From contig OZ024743.1 in the NCBI GenBank assembly GCA_964016885.1, positions 354,888,001-354,952,000 of the forward strand: DNA of 64,000 nt. The letters run 5' to 3'. The notes below the pieces were generated by a model, which worked only from the letters and a program-made list of their open reading frames with translations, did not search any database and was not told the origin of the DNA. The stretch's first letter is position 1; the number at the start of each line of letters is the position of its first letter. Origin of the DNA: Eledone cirrhosa (Eukaryota). Positions 31,382 through 44,170 of the stretch are shown here, piece by piece. The position numbers and the translations under genes are program-made.

Positions 31382-34300
31382 TTACAGACACATACTCAGA
31401 GAAGGCCCATTCATTCGGGCCATACTTGCTTCTCTCACCCATCTTTCAACAAAATGCTGGGAAGAGAGCACTTCCCTCTCTAACCTGATTTTCCTTTTCA
31501 AAGGAAATTTGAAAAAGTCAATCAGGGCATCACCGAAGAGGTAAGTGCTCGTCTTCAGCCCTTTCAAACGTGTCCACCATACTCTCTCTTTCGCCATGGC
31601 CACCAGACAGATAAAAACTGCCTGCCCTTCCCGACTAAAGGAAGAGGGTGGGGCAATCCTCACTATGGACTCAGCTGAGAGCTGGATCCACCCTACACGT
31701 GACAGCAGGTGTTCGACATAAACCCACAAGTCAGCAATGCTCGGACACTGGACGAGTGCGTGCAGGACGGTTTCGTCGCCCTGCGCGAATCTCGGACATG
31801 CCCGGCTGACGGCACCTCCATGCCTGTAGAGTTTATCCCGAACTGGCAAAGCTACCCGGTAGCACTGCCAGGCCAGGGATTTCTGGAAGTTGTCCATAGG
31901 CCCCGGCCCGAAAGTCCATCCGAAGAGATTGGTTAGTTGATTTTCGTCGACGCCTAGAGTTTCTCCAAGTACGTCGTCGCTCTTCCCCTCCACTAATCCC
32001 CTATAGAACGCCAAGATGGAGTTTCCACCGATCACATTGCCTGATTGGTCGAGGGCTGTGAGCGCCTGAAGACATTCCAGTCTCCAAGCGCTCCCTCTCG
32101 GTCTTCGCTTGACCCAGGACTGCAGCTCCGTCAAGGAGACGAGCTGGGGAAAAACGTGTCTAGCAAACGGCGACCACACCTGATCACCGTCGAGGAAGAG
32201 GTGGAGATGTCGTAGCCTGAGCGCGTGTCTGTGCATCATCAGCCACGGCATGCCCAGCACTCCACGTAGCGGGTGTTGACAGCAGATGGACCACCTGACC
32301 ATCGGAGCGCGTCCCTTCCACAAGAAGCGAAAGAGCAAAGCTCCAGCGCAGTCAGGCGGGGCTTAAGACAAGGTACGACGGTCAGGTGGTAGTAGATGAC
32401 GGACGCGAAGTACGCGTTAGCCACCTCCGCTCGACCTTTCAGGGATAGCTTCCTCTCCGCCCATTTCTGGGTGAGAGAAGCCACCCTACTCGTCACCTCG
32501 TCCCAGTTTTTGTCCGTCTGGGGGTCCGAACCGAACCAGACCCTAGCAATTTAACCGGTCCGTCCATCCAGCGCCCGACGACGCTGTTGGACGGTCTGTA
32601 CCTGCCTCTCCAGGTGCCGAGCTGCAGGCCCACATACTTTTCCTGGTTGATCATTGCACCTGTCACCACTTCGTATTCTCTTAATGTAGTGCCGGTCGCC
32701 TCGATATATTTCGCGTTCGACACCAATACGGTGACATCCTCAGCATATGCTGACACGAAGTTTCCGCATTCTAGTTCGCGCGGGACACCCCTCAACGTCT
32801 CCAGTTTGTGCAGTAATGGCTCGAGAGTCAATATGTACAAGAGGGACGAGAGGGGACATCCTTGGCGGACCGAGCGCATGATGTTGAACGGTACGACAGG
32901 TGACCGTTCACTCTCACCACAGAGCAGATGTCGCTGTGCATGGCAGCGATCCAGCCTCTGAAGATGGTCCCAAAGCCAGCCGCCCTCAGGACTGCCGCTA
33001 GGTAACGATGGTCGACCCTATCGAAAGCTTTCGACTGACATAAATTGATCAAGGACACACCCGTGCCAGATTCCCTAGCTACCCTCTCTACGATGTATCG
33101 CATGAGGTGGTGGTTGCCGCGGATGGATCTGTCGGGAATGGCGCATGTCTGCGCCTCTCCCACCAGACCACCAACGACAGCGCCAACCTCTTTGCTAGCA
33201 CCTTGGCCAAAATCTTGAACTCTGTGTTTAGCAGAGTTATGGGCCTGAAATTATCTATGTTATCCCCCTTGTTCGGATCCTTTCTCAGCAGCACCACAGC
33301 TCCTCGACTCACAGAGCTTGTAATTCTCCCGTTCTGTTGCCAGTTGCACTAGACGTCCGCCTAGGGGCCTCCGAACTAGTCTGGCATCTGTAAAGTTCAT
33401 AGGGCAGACCATCCAAACCAGGCGATTTACCCCTTGTGCAGCCAGTCATTGCTTCCCGTACTTCAGCGGCTGTTATCGGCTTTTCGCAACACTCCGCCTC
33501 AGTGTCCGAGAGCCGCGGCAGTCCGTCGAGGTAGACACTAAAGTCCATCCCTCGATCCGGCCCGCCGCTGCCCCCGAACAGCTGAGCGAATTGTCGCTGA
33601 AAAGCTTCACACATTTGTCCGGGATCGAGTAGCATGCACCCGTTGTGGTTCACCAAAGACCGGATCGCGCCTCCGCCACTCGGGCCCATTGAACGGTTTT
33701 CGTTCCCCCGTGTCTGAGAGCACGCACCCTAGCTCTGACAACGCAGCCTACGTTGTTTGCATTGAAGAATTGTCATATGCCAATTTCGCCGCAAGTACGT
33801 CTGTCGCGATGCCTTTGCTAAGCGCCTCGTCTAATTTTCTAACTAATTCTCCCTTTGATCTATTTTTCTCTATTGCTAAAGCCTTACTAAACCTAATGGA
33901 CTCTATTTTAATTGCTCTTTTCAGAGCAAACCACCACTTGTTGTTGACGATGGCCCCCGTCAACGCCCGCTTAACTAGTTCGCTAATCCGGTCTCTGTGG
34001 GCCTTGCGCGCTGGTAAGGACTCGTTTAGCTTCCAGTAGCCGGGTCCTCGTTTATGAAGCCTATCTAAATCAAGCACTCAGATCACAAATTTGTGGTCCG
34101 TGGGGCTGACTATCTTGAATTGTGGACAGCCTATGCTAGACCTATCTATTTCCCTACAAAATACTCTATCTAGATATGATCTGGATGACCCAATGCGATT
34201 CGTCCAAGTCCACATTGGCACATTCGGGAAATCCAATCGGTGCCTGTCAGACAGTTCAAAACACCTGAGCAGGTTGGTGAGGCTCTTGCACCCTCCTCCC

Positions 34301-34773
34301 CTATCCGCTAATCCCACACAGTCCCAGCGTGCATCTAAGATCCCATTCCAGTCGCCCACTAACACTAAAGAGTGGGTCGTTCCAAGAAAGTTCTCCAGAC
34401 GCCGGAAGAAATCAGGACGCCCTGCTCCTGTTGGGGCATAGACGGCCACTAGCCTGAAAGCTTGCCCGTCTCCGCTGGTCACGTCCAGCACCACCAACTT
34501 ACCTTCTGGCTCCAGGAAGATGGCCCGTATGGCGAGATCCAAACCTCTCCGTAAAAGCACAGCAACTCCTCCACCCGATCCCGGACGGCTGGGAGATGCG
34601 TACACATCGTAGCCGCCGAAGATCGGTGCTAAGGCCCGTGCTTTGGAGATTCTGGTCTCGCTGATGGCCACTACATCTATGTTTAGTGACCTGAGGTCGT
34701 TGAGCAGGTATCTCTGCTTCCATGACGACCCCAAGCCACGCGCATTTATGCTGCCTATTCTGAGTGAGGTCAT
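31382..34773 (-). pseudogene. Disrupted ORF2 (APE-RT-CCHC)
   Basis: At least seven fragments in different frames; YADD changed to YAED. Confidence 0.9.
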
Positions 34774-34807
34774 GTTCAAATGGAGTGGAAAAGAAGGGAA
34801 AGACCAC

Positions 34808-36730
34808 TTACCTTACTTCTCGTAGAGGAAGGATGGTTTGTCCATCCTTTTCACTGCTTGTGGCCTCCTTCGGAAGGATGTCCTTATAAATCCTTTTGGA
34901 GAGTGTTTGTCGGAAGTCTCCGATGTCTTCGGGGAATTTTTGTTTTAGTGTCGTGTACGTTTTCTGTGTCATGCGAGTGATTTGTATGTGTGGAGGTGTT
35001 GTGAACTTTTGGGTTGTTGTGTAGTCTTTTTCTGTGATACTGGTGTTGTGTTGCATGTAGTGTAATAATTGGTTGTTGTTCAAATTTAATGCTGTGTAGT
35101 GTGTGTCGTTTTCGTTGTTTTGTTTTGTTTGCGTTTGTTGTCGGTTTGTTTCTGTTTCGCTTTTTGGTGACTTTTGTGGTGTTGGTGATGGTGGTGTTGG
35201 GGTTAATGATGGTGATGGTGTTGGTGTTTGTGGTGATGGGGTTGGTGATGCTGGTGTGGATGGTGGAATATCTGTCCTAACTTTTTTGTTTGATAATTTA
35301 TTTGTTTCCCTCTGTATTTTGTTTTTGGAGGGGGGCGGAAGAGAATTTTTTCTTTTTTCGTTTCTTTTTTTCTTTTTTCCTGGTACAGTTTTCCACTCAT
35401 CGTCGTCACAATCTGTCTCCAGTTGCGATAAGCCGGGGAGTGGAAAATCCCCCACATGCGTTGGTTTTGGTTGTGGCGTGGTGGATAGTGTTGGCGCTGG
35501 TGCCAGTTCTGGCGGGTTGGGTGGTGGCGTTGTTGGTTTTGCTACTGTTGCTAGGGTTGTTGCTGTTACAGTTGCTTCTGTTGTTGCTGATACAGTTGTT
35601 GCTGCCATTTCTGCTGGTGGTGGTGTTGATCGTTGAGTCACTGGGATGGGTAAGAGAGGTGGCCTCAACCTCTTAGCCTGAGGGCAGAAAGCCCTTAGGT
35701 GGGTTCCTTCACCACAAACGACACACCTAGGCCTTCTGCCCTCGACGATTACGGTGAGGTGGCTTCCGTCAGTGATGTCTATTACCTCTGGGATCTCCTC
35801 AATGCTTTTATGTTCCGCTGGGATCAGGAGCTCCATCCCAGATCCGGACCAGTACTCCTGCTTTTCTTTCGCTATTTCGATTATCTTGGTGTTGGCCTCA
35901 ATGCCGGCGAGGACGGCAGCCATTAGCCAGGGAATTTCGATGGCCGGTGGAACGTGGGTCACCCTGATCTTCACAAGTCTATGGCCACAATAGCTTGGGA
36001 CGAGTGTGAAGTCGTCACTTCTTAATGGAGCCATGGAGTGTTCTCTGGCGTCCTGTGGTGTTTCAAAGAACTCGTCCACGGTTCCATATTTCTGCCAACG
36101 TCTGATGTGTGTTTTTTTGCCCACGCATGTCCCAAAGCTCTTCGGATACCCGTTCCACTCGGCGCGATTTTATGTTAATTGTCCGATAAGACACGGTACA
36201 TAGGCGACGATGCTTCATTTTATTAGGTGTGTGTGTGTGCGGTGGGGGGAGGGGGGTGCTGACCTTTTTCCCATCTTTCTTTACCATTCTTTTGCCTTCT
36301 TCTAATTCCTCCTGAGTTACCTGGATCGCTTCGCACGTTTTTGCTACTCTGGCAAAACTCAGGGCAGTTTTCTGAATTTCATTGTTGCTGTTGCTGTTAT
36401 CGTTATTTTTGTTATTGTTAATCTTAGTGGTGGTGGCTTCAGTGGTGTTCGGTGTGGAAGAGTTCATTTTGGTTGAATTCATTTCGATATCATGAGTTAA
36501 TTTATTATTTTCTTTTGTTTCTCTTGTCGCTGTCGTGGTAGTGTGGGGGTGGCGGCTTTAACACCTGCAGTCATTGGTAATGGCGGGAAATGAATGTCTG
36601 GCTGAGAAAAATTTAATATATTGCTACTGCTTATATTTTAATGCTGGCAAAAGGAAGTAATATTTACAATGGTGATGTGGGTGTGAGGTGTTACTTTGTG
36701 AGGAAGGCTCTCAGCTACTGAGTCGGCCAT
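34808..36730 (-). pseudogene. Disrupted divergent ORF1 (CCHC: CVVCGEGTHLRAFC); start approximate
   Basis: Fragments 34808-36124 and 36063-36482 align with ORF1 of copy 1 (SFA..AK, TVSYRT, LVPSYCG, VEG.RP.C). Confidence 0.8.
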
Positions 36731-36948
36731 GATTTCTCAAAGAAAATTTTTTTTTGTTTGATAATTATAAAAAGTTTAAATTTTGGGCTCAAGGCCCCAA
36801 TCTTTTTGAGTGTCCTTTTCAGAAATCAATGTATGTGCACTTATATACAGTTAACAATAAATATTTTCCATAAATGGCAATTTTAAACAACTGAAAATAA
36901 CAAACCTTTGCGGAGCTCACGATAATACGATTTACTTCGTAGGTCGCC

Positions 36949-36984
<36 letters not shown>

Positions 36985-36985
<1 letters not shown>

Positions 36986-37672
36986 TTTTCTTTATTAACC
37001 ACAAGGGTTCACATAAAGTAGACATTAAGGACAGTACAGGACAATACAGGACGGTACAAATGGGCATTTCTGCGTGTAAAAAAAACAGAGGTTGAAATAA
37101 AATAACAAAGAAAAATTCCCCAATAGGGGGGAGACTTCCAAGGGACATTTGTGGAGAAAGCCCATTAAAAGACCACAGTGGCCCTGACCACCAGGGCAAG
37201 TGCCCTCTCCCAGTTTTCCACCTTTAATTTACAGACACATACTCAGAGAAGGCCCATTCATTCGGGCCATACTTGCTTCTCTCACCCATCTTTCAACAAA
37301 ATGCTGGGAAGAGAGCACTTCCCTCTCTACCCTGATTTTCCCTTTCAAATGAAATTTGAAAAAGTTAATCAGGGCATCACCGAAGAGGTAAGTGCTCGTC
37401 TTCAGCCCTTTCAAACGTGTCCACCATACTATCTCTTTCGCCATGGCCACCAGACAGATAAAAACTGCCTGCCCTTCCAGGCTAAAGGAAGGGGGCGGGG
37501 CAATCCTCACGATGGACTCAGCTGATAGCTGGATCCGTCCTACACGTGACAGCAGGTGTTCGACATAAACCCACAAGTCAGCAATGCTCGGACACTGGAC
37601 GAGTGCGTGTAGGACGGTTTCGTCGCCCTGCGCGAATCTCGGACATGCCCGGCTGACGGCACCTCCATGCCT
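36985..37672 (-). mobile_element. Tx1-like LINE, 5'-truncated copy (sister subfamily 3'UTR)
   Basis: ORF2 C-terminus + 3'UTR; (AAT)12 at its 3' end and (AAT)7 at its truncation point. Confidence 0.92.
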
Positions 37673-37693
37673 AATAATAATAATAATAATAAT

Positions 37694-37760
37694 AGTGGCT
37701 TGATATTCATTCCAACGGACTTTCCAGTTAACCAACATCAATGACTGAGATTCAAGGAAT
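37694..37760 (+). mobile_element. R4/Dong family B, 3'UTR-only insertion (~65 bp)
   Basis: AGTGGCTTGATATTC..GACTGAGATTCAAGG matches 53281-53344; (AAT)n on both sides. Confidence 0.85.
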
Positions 37761-39014
37761 AACAACAATAATAATAATAATAATAATTTCGGAAGAAGAC
37801 GCACATGGTGGATAGAAGGTCATGAAATCGCTCCCGTAAGTTTTTGATTTTTAACATATTTAAATCAATTGTGAAATAACAATTCTTAGTACAAATGATG
37901 CATAAAGCACCAGACTCAACTATCAGAAAAATTCGGATCCATAATATTCTGCTATATCACTCAAATATTTAATTTTGTATGATACATTTTATATTCAAAA
38001 AATAAAATGGTTATAAATGGAAGAAAACCCCCTCTGTCTACACTATATAGAACAGCCAAATGACAGCAATTTCACCAACACCACAAACTAGATACACCAC
38101 CTATCCCATCACCCCTGTGTACACTAAATACAACAGCCAGATAACGGCAATTTCACCACCACCACCACCAATCCCAGCATAATAATAATAATTACCATTA
38201 TTATTGTCTCAAGTTTTCACAAAATGTTTAATTCCAATATTAAGAAAAATATGTCAACACATATATTAAACATACGCGACTGACCGCATAGATACGCCGA
38301 TCAAACGATCAAACAACTACAGTCTATTCAACAAAACTCAGTAACGACAACGCCATCACTATAGTCACCACCGCCACCACTCCATCCATCATTGCTACCA
38401 CTACCCCATCACCGCCGCCACCACTCCTTCATTGCTACCACCGCTATTCCCCCATTACCTTCTGTTAACTTACGAAAGGGGAAGGTGGCGGTATCACTAG
38501 ACAATATTAATAAACAATATAAATATTTAATTTTGGCTCAGGAATGTTAGAGTCGAAAAGGAGAAAAATGGCAAAATGACTAAATGACTAAATAGCTAAA
38601 TAGCTAAATGGCTAAGTGGACGGAGAAGATAATTTCACCACCAACACCACCACCACTACCACGCTAAAAACTCTGGTCAAGTTACCTCAACTTCTATTTC
38701 TACTTCAACTTCAACACCATCACTACAGTACTACGATCACATCACCACCACCACTGTCTCATTATCGCTACCGCCGCTATTCTCTCCCACTACCTCCTGC
38801 TTAGTACTATTAGCACAGCACCACCACCAGCACCACCACCACTGCCTCATTATCACTACCGCCGCTATTCTCTCCCACTACCTCCTGCTACATCGTAGTG
38901 TCCCCACTAAAAGAGGAAGGGATCAAAATAAATAAATAGACTGATTTGATGACCCGGTGAAAATCAAAAAACCAAAAATAAAAATCAAAGCAGCACAGCA
39001 ACAACGAAAAACGT

Positions 39015-40268
39015 AAAGAAAAGAAAAATGAAGAGAAAAACAAACAGACGGATAGAGAAGGGAAGGGAAAATCTAAGTCAGACATTCAAACATTACATTA
39101 CAATGAAACTTATGCTTATTCTTTTTTTTTTTTTTGGCCTGTTTGTTTGTTTATTTATGTTCGTCTACAGCGTGATAGTGCCACACAAAAATCACCGGGA
39201 GTGACGAAATCACCGGTGGTTATGTAACCATACATTCACCAATCCTCGATAAGAGTGTTTAAATGTCGAACCTAAACAGTTTGAATAACGGGGAAGTGGA
39301 GACTAGAATGTCATGTGACAGACTCTCACCCAGCAGATGCTCCCTGGCTCAGCAGCAGGGACCTGGCTGTCAACCAAATACTGCTGATGTCGGAGGAAGA
39401 AAAAGAAGGAAAGGGACCAGAACCAACTGGACGAAAGAATTGAATAGAACTGTTATGCAATGTTACCTGAAGAGTAACCCCAAGGAAAAAGGCTATAGGA
39501 AACGGATGCATAACATCTGGAACGAGATTGGTCTATTTAAATTAGATGAACAAAAATTGGCCGGGCAGGGTCGGGTTATAAGAGCTAATGGGTGGATAAG
39601 CGAGCTGGAACTGGAGGAATCAGCAGAGAGATTAGATTGGAAATGGAGAGTGGAGTATGCCAGGCAAACGAGCCAGTGGGAAATGAAGGTGAAGAGGTTC
39701 AGAGAACGGAGGAAGCATCCGAAGCAGACAATGATCTGAATGCTGAAATAAATACCTGGAACAAAGATACGGCCATTTAGGAAATGAATGTTGACGGGCT
39801 AGGACAAGATTTGGTTGATATCCTAAACTTAGAGGTAGATGAAATGAACAATGATAGTGGGAAACCTATGAACCTAAGATTTGTCGACAGGAAAAAGTTA
39901 AAAGTAACAACAGCTAAGGTAAACAAAGTCATCCCATACCTTGAGGCGAGGAACCTTCACCGGTGCAACAATATCCTCAAAGCAACAGCAAATGCGGTGA
40001 AGAAATTACTTGGCTTAAAAGCGAGAGGAAACAACAAACAAGAAAGATCAGAACCTTGGTCGAAGAAACGACTGAATGGTCAAATCAGGGAAATGAGAAA
40101 TGACATTGGAAAGCTTGAGTCCCTACTGAATGGGACACTACCAAACATAGACACTATAAATAGAGTGGAAATAAAGTACAAAACTAGGAGGAAAAAGCTA
40201 AATATTATCATAGAGGAACTGAAGCAACGCATTGTAGCAATGAGTGGCAAAGATTAGGCGATACGAGA
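39015..40268 (+). mobile_element. R4/Dong family B, 5' portion (decayed)
   Basis: Homologous to 46530-47818 (WTKELN..VMQCYLKSNP..GYRKRM); stops and frameshifts present. Confidence 0.88.
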
Positions 40269-40399
40269 GCTAAGCCCCTAAAGATGCATGTGTGTGTATG
40301 TATGTTCTTTCTTGAACATAGCGGACCTTGTTGTCTCTTGAGGTCACTGGTTGTGACTTGGTGATAACTCGTATGAATATAAAGCAAGATAAATGCAAC

Positions 40400-40400
<1 letters not shown>
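40269..40400 (+). mobile_element. R4/Dong family A, 3'UTR-only fragment
   Basis: Matches 2840-2970; followed by (AAT)n to 40453. Confidence 0.88.
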
Positions 40401-40455
<55 letters not shown>

Positions 40456-40715
40456 TTTCTTTATTAACCACAAGGGTTTACATAAAGTAGACATTAAGGA
40501 CAGTGCAGGACAATGCAGGACGGTACAAATGGGCATTTCTGCGTGTAAAAAAACAAAAACAGAGGATGTAACAAAAATAACAATGAAAATAACAATGAAA
40601 AATTCCCCAATAGGGGGGAGACTTCGGAGGGACATTTGTGGAGAAAGCCCAGTAAAAAGCCACAATGACCCTGACCACCAAGGCAAGTGCCCTCTCCCAG
40701 TTTTCCACCTTTAGT

Positions 40716-43700
40716 TTACAGATATATACTCAGAGTCGGCCCATTCACTCGGGCCATTCTTGCTTCTCTCACCCATCTTTCAACAAAATGCTGGGAAGAG
40801 AGCACTTCCTTTTCTACTCTGATTTTCCTTTTCAAATGAAATTTGAAAAAGTCAATCAGAGCATCACCGAAGAGGTAAGTGCTCGTCTTCAGCCCTTTCA
40901 AACGTGTCCACCATACTATCTCTTTCGCCATGGCCACCAGACAGATAAAAACTGCCTGCCCTTCCCGGCTAAAGGAGGAGGGCGGGGCAATCCTCACGAT
41001 AGACTCAGATGATAGCTGGATCCGTCCTAAACGCGACAGCAGGTGTTCGACATAAACCCACAAGTCAGCAATTTTCGGACACTGGACGAGTGCGTGCAGG
41101 ACGGTTTCGTCGCCCTGCGCGCATCTCGGACATGCCCGGCTGACGGCACCTCCATGCCTGTAGAGTTTATCCCGAACTGGCAAGGCTCCTCGGTAGCACT
41201 GCCAGGCCAGAGATTTCTGGAAGTTGTCCATAGGCCCTGGCCCGAAAGTTCTTCCGAAGAGATTGGCTAGTTGATTTTCGTCGACGCCTAGAGTTTCCCC
41301 AAGTACGTCGTCGCTCTTCCCCTCCACTAATCCTCTATAGAACGCCGAGGTGGAGTTTCCACCGATCACATTGCCCGATTGGTCGAGGGCTGTGAGCGCC
41401 TGAAGACATTCCAGTCTCCAGGCGCTCCCTCTCGGTCTTCGCTTGACCCAGGACTGCAGCTCCGTCAAGGAAACGAGCTGGGGAAAAACGCGTCTAGCAA
41501 ACGGCGACCACACCTGATCACCGTCGAGGAAGAGGTGGAGATGTCGTAGCCTGAGCGCGTGCCTGCGCATCATCAGCCACGGCATGCCCAGCCCTCCACG
41601 TAGCGGGTGTTGACAACAGATGGACCGCCTGACCATCGGAGCACGTCCCTTCCACAAAAAGCGAAAGAGCAAACGCTCCAGCGCAGTCAGGCGAGGCTTA
41701 GGACAAGGTACGACGGTTAGGCGGTAGCAGATGACAGACGCGATGTACGCGTTAGCCACCTCCGCTCGACCTTTCAGGGATAGCTTCCTCTCCGCCCATT
41801 TCTGGGTGAGAGAAGCCACCCTGCTCGTCACCTCGTCCCAGTTTTTGTCCGTCTGGAGGTCCGGACCGAACCAGACCCCTAGCAATTTAACCGGTCCGTC
41901 CGTCCAGCGCCCGACGACGCTGTTGGACGGCATGGACCTGCCTCTCCAGGTGCCGAGCTGCAGGCCCACTGACTTTTCCTGGTTGATCATTGCTCCTGTC
42001 ACCGCTTCGTATTCTCTTAGTGTAGTGCCGATCGCCTCGATGTGTTTGGCGTTCGACACCACTACGGTGACATCGTCCGCATATGCTGACACGGATCTTC
42101 CGCATCCTAGTTCGCGCGGGACTCCCCTCAACGTCTCCAGTTTGTGCAGTAATGGCTCGAGAGTCAATACGTACAAGAGGGACGAGAGGGGACATCCTTG
42201 GCGGACCGAGCGCATGATGTTGAACGGTTCCGACAGGTGACCGTTCACTCTCACCACAGAGCAGATGTCGCTGTGCATGGCAGCGATCCAGCCTCTGAAG
42301 ACGGGCCCAAAGCCAGCCGCCCTCAGGACTGTCGCTAGGTAACGATGGTCGACCCTATCGAAAGCTTTCGACTGATCTAAATTGATCAAGGACCCACCCG
42401 TGCCAGGTTCCCTAGCTACCCTCTCTACGATGTATCGCATGAGGTGGAGGTTGTCGTGGATGGATCTGTCGGGAATGGCGCATGTCTGCGCCTCTCCCAC
42501 CAGACCACCAACGACAAGCGCCAACCTCTTTGCTAGCACCTTGGCCAAAATCTTAAACTCTGTGTTTAGCAGAGTTATGGGCCGGAAATTGTCTATGTTA
42601 TCCCCCTTGTTCGGATCCTTTCTCAGCAGTGCCACCGCTCCTCGGCTCACAGAACTGGGAATTCTCCCGTTCTGTTGCCAGTTGCAGTAGACGTCCGCCA
42701 AGAGGCCTCCGAACAAGTCTGGCATCTGTACGTAAAGTTCATAGGGCAGACCATCCAAACCAGGCGATTTACCCCTTGTGCAGCCAGTCATTGCCTCCCG
42801 TACTTCAGCGGCTGTTATCGGCTTTTCGCAACACCTCGCCTCAGTGGCCGAGAGCCGCGGCAGCCCGTCGAGGTAGACACTAAAGTCCATCCCTCTACCC
42901 GGCCCCCCGCTGCCCCCGAACAGCTGAGCGAAGTGTCGCTGAAAAGCTTCACACATTTGCCCGGGATCGAGTAGCATGCGCCCGTCGTGGTCCACCAAAG
43001 ACCGGATCGTGGCTTTGTTGCCACGACGCGCCTCCGCCACTCGGGCCCATTGAACGGCTTTCGTCCCCTCGTGTCTGAGAGCACGCACCCTAGCTCTGAC
43101 AACGCAGCCTTCGTGCTTTGCATTGAAGAATTGGTCAAGGGCCAATTTCGCCGCAAGCACGTCGGTCGCAATGCCTTTGCTAAGCGCCTCGTCTAATTTT
43201 CTAACTAGTTCTCCCTCTGCTCTATTTTTCTCTATTGCTAAAGCCTTACTAAACCTAATCGATTCTATTCTAATCGCTCTTTTCAGAGCAAACCACCACT
43301 TGTTGTTGACGATGGCCCCCGTCAACGCCCGCTTAACTAGTTCGCTAATCCGGTCTCTGTAGGCCTTGCGCGCTGGTAAGGACGCGTTTAGCTTCCAGTA
43401 GCCGGGTCCTCGTCTATGAAGCCTATCTAAGTCAAGCACACAGATCACGAATTTGTGGTCCGTGTAGCTGACTATCTTGAATTGTGGACAGCCTATGCTA
43501 GACCTATCTATTTCCCTACAAAATACTCTATCTAGATATGATCTGGATGACCCTATGCGGTTTGTCCAAGTCCACATTGGCACATTCGGGAAATCCAATC
43601 GGTACCTGTCAGACAGTTCAAAACGCCTGAGCAGGTTGGTGAGGCTCTTGCACCCTCCACCCCTATCCGCTAATCCCACACAGTCCCAGCGTGCATCTAA

Positions 43701-44135
43701 GATCCCGTTCCAGTCGCCCACTAACACTAAAGAGCGCGACGTTCCAAGAAAGGTCTCCAGACGCCGGAAGAAATCAGGCCGCCCTGCTCCTGTCGGGGCA
43801 TAGACGGCCACTAGCCTGAAAGCTTGCCCGTCTCCGCTGGTCACGTCCAGCACCACCAGCTTACCCTCTGGGTCCAGGAAGATGGCCCGTATGGCGAGAT
43901 CCAAACCTCTCCGAAAAAGCACAGCAACTCCTCCACCCGATCCAGGACGGCTGGGAGATGCGTACACATCGTAGCCGCCGAAGATCGGTGCGAAGGCCCG
44001 TGCTTCGGAGATTCTGGTCTCGCTGATGGCCACTACATCTATGTTTAGTGACCTGAGGTCGTTGAGCAGGTGACCCTGCTTCCATGACGACCCCAAGCCA
44101 CGCGCATTTATGCTGCCTATTCTGAGTGAGGTCAT
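40716..44135 (-). CDS. LINE ORF2 (APE-RT-CCHC), copy 3
   Basis: 1139 aa intact; three amino-acid differences from copy 1 seen. Confidence 0.95.
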   Translation of the reverse strand: MTSLRIGSINARGLGSSWKQGHLLNDLRSLNIDVVAISETRISEARAFAPIFGGYDVYASPSRPGSGGGVAVLFRRGLDLAIRAIFLDPEGKLVVLDVTSGDGQAFRLVAVYAPTGAGRPDFFRRLETFLGTSRSLVLVGDWNGILDARWDCVGLADRGGGCKSLTNLLRRFELSDRYRLDFPNVPMWTWTNRIGSSRSYLDRVFCREIDRSSIGCPQFKIVSYTDHKFVICVLDLDRLHRRGPGYWKLNASLPARKAYRDRISELVKRALTGAIVNNKWWFALKRAIRIESIRFSKALAIEKNRAEGELVRKLDEALSKGIATDVLAAKLALDQFFNAKHEGCVVRARVRALRHEGTKAVQWARVAEARRGNKATIRSLVDHDGRMLLDPGQMCEAFQRHFAQLFGGSGGPGRGMDFSVYLDGLPRLSATEARCCEKPITAAEVREAMTGCTRGKSPGLDGLPYELYVQMPDLFGGLLADVYCNWQQNGRIPSSVSRGAVALLRKDPNKGDNIDNFRPITLLNTEFKILAKVLAKRLALVVGGLVGEAQTCAIPDRSIHDNLHLMRYIVERVAREPGTGGSLINLDQSKAFDRVDHRYLATVLRAAGFGPVFRGWIAAMHSDICSVVRVNGHLSEPFNIMRSVRQGCPLSSLLYVLTLEPLLHKLETLRGVPRELGCGRSVSAYADDVTVVVSNAKHIEAIGTTLREYEAVTGAMINQEKSVGLQLGTWRGRSMPSNSVVGRWTDGPVKLLGVWFGPDLQTDKNWDEVTSRVASLTQKWAERKLSLKGRAEVANAYIASVICYRLTVVPCPKPRLTALERLLFRFLWKGRAPMVRRSICCQHPLRGGLGMPWLMMRRHALRLRHLHLFLDGDQVWSPFARRVFPQLVSLTELQSWVKRRPRGSAWRLECLQALTALDQSGNVIGGNSTSAFYRGLVEGKSDDVLGETLGVDENQLANLFGRTFGPGPMDNFQKSLAWQCYRGALPVRDKLYRHGGAVSRACPRCAQGDETVLHALVQCPKIADLWVYVEHLLSRLGRIQLSSESIVRIAPPSSFSREGQAVFICLVAMAKEIVWWTRLKGLKTSTYLFGDALIDFFKFHLKRKIRVEKEVLSSQHFVERWVREARMARVNGPTLSIYL

Positions 44136-44170
44136 GTTTAAAATAGAGTGGAAAAGATGGGAAAGACCAC

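Larger units (their letters stand above)
31144..36948 (-). mobile_element. Tx1-like LINE, full-length decayed sister subfamily (same ORF2, different 5'UTR/ORF1)
   Basis: ORF2 fragments almost identical to copies 1-3 but frameshifted; ORF1 homologous but divergent; (AAT)n at both ends. Confidence 0.92.
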
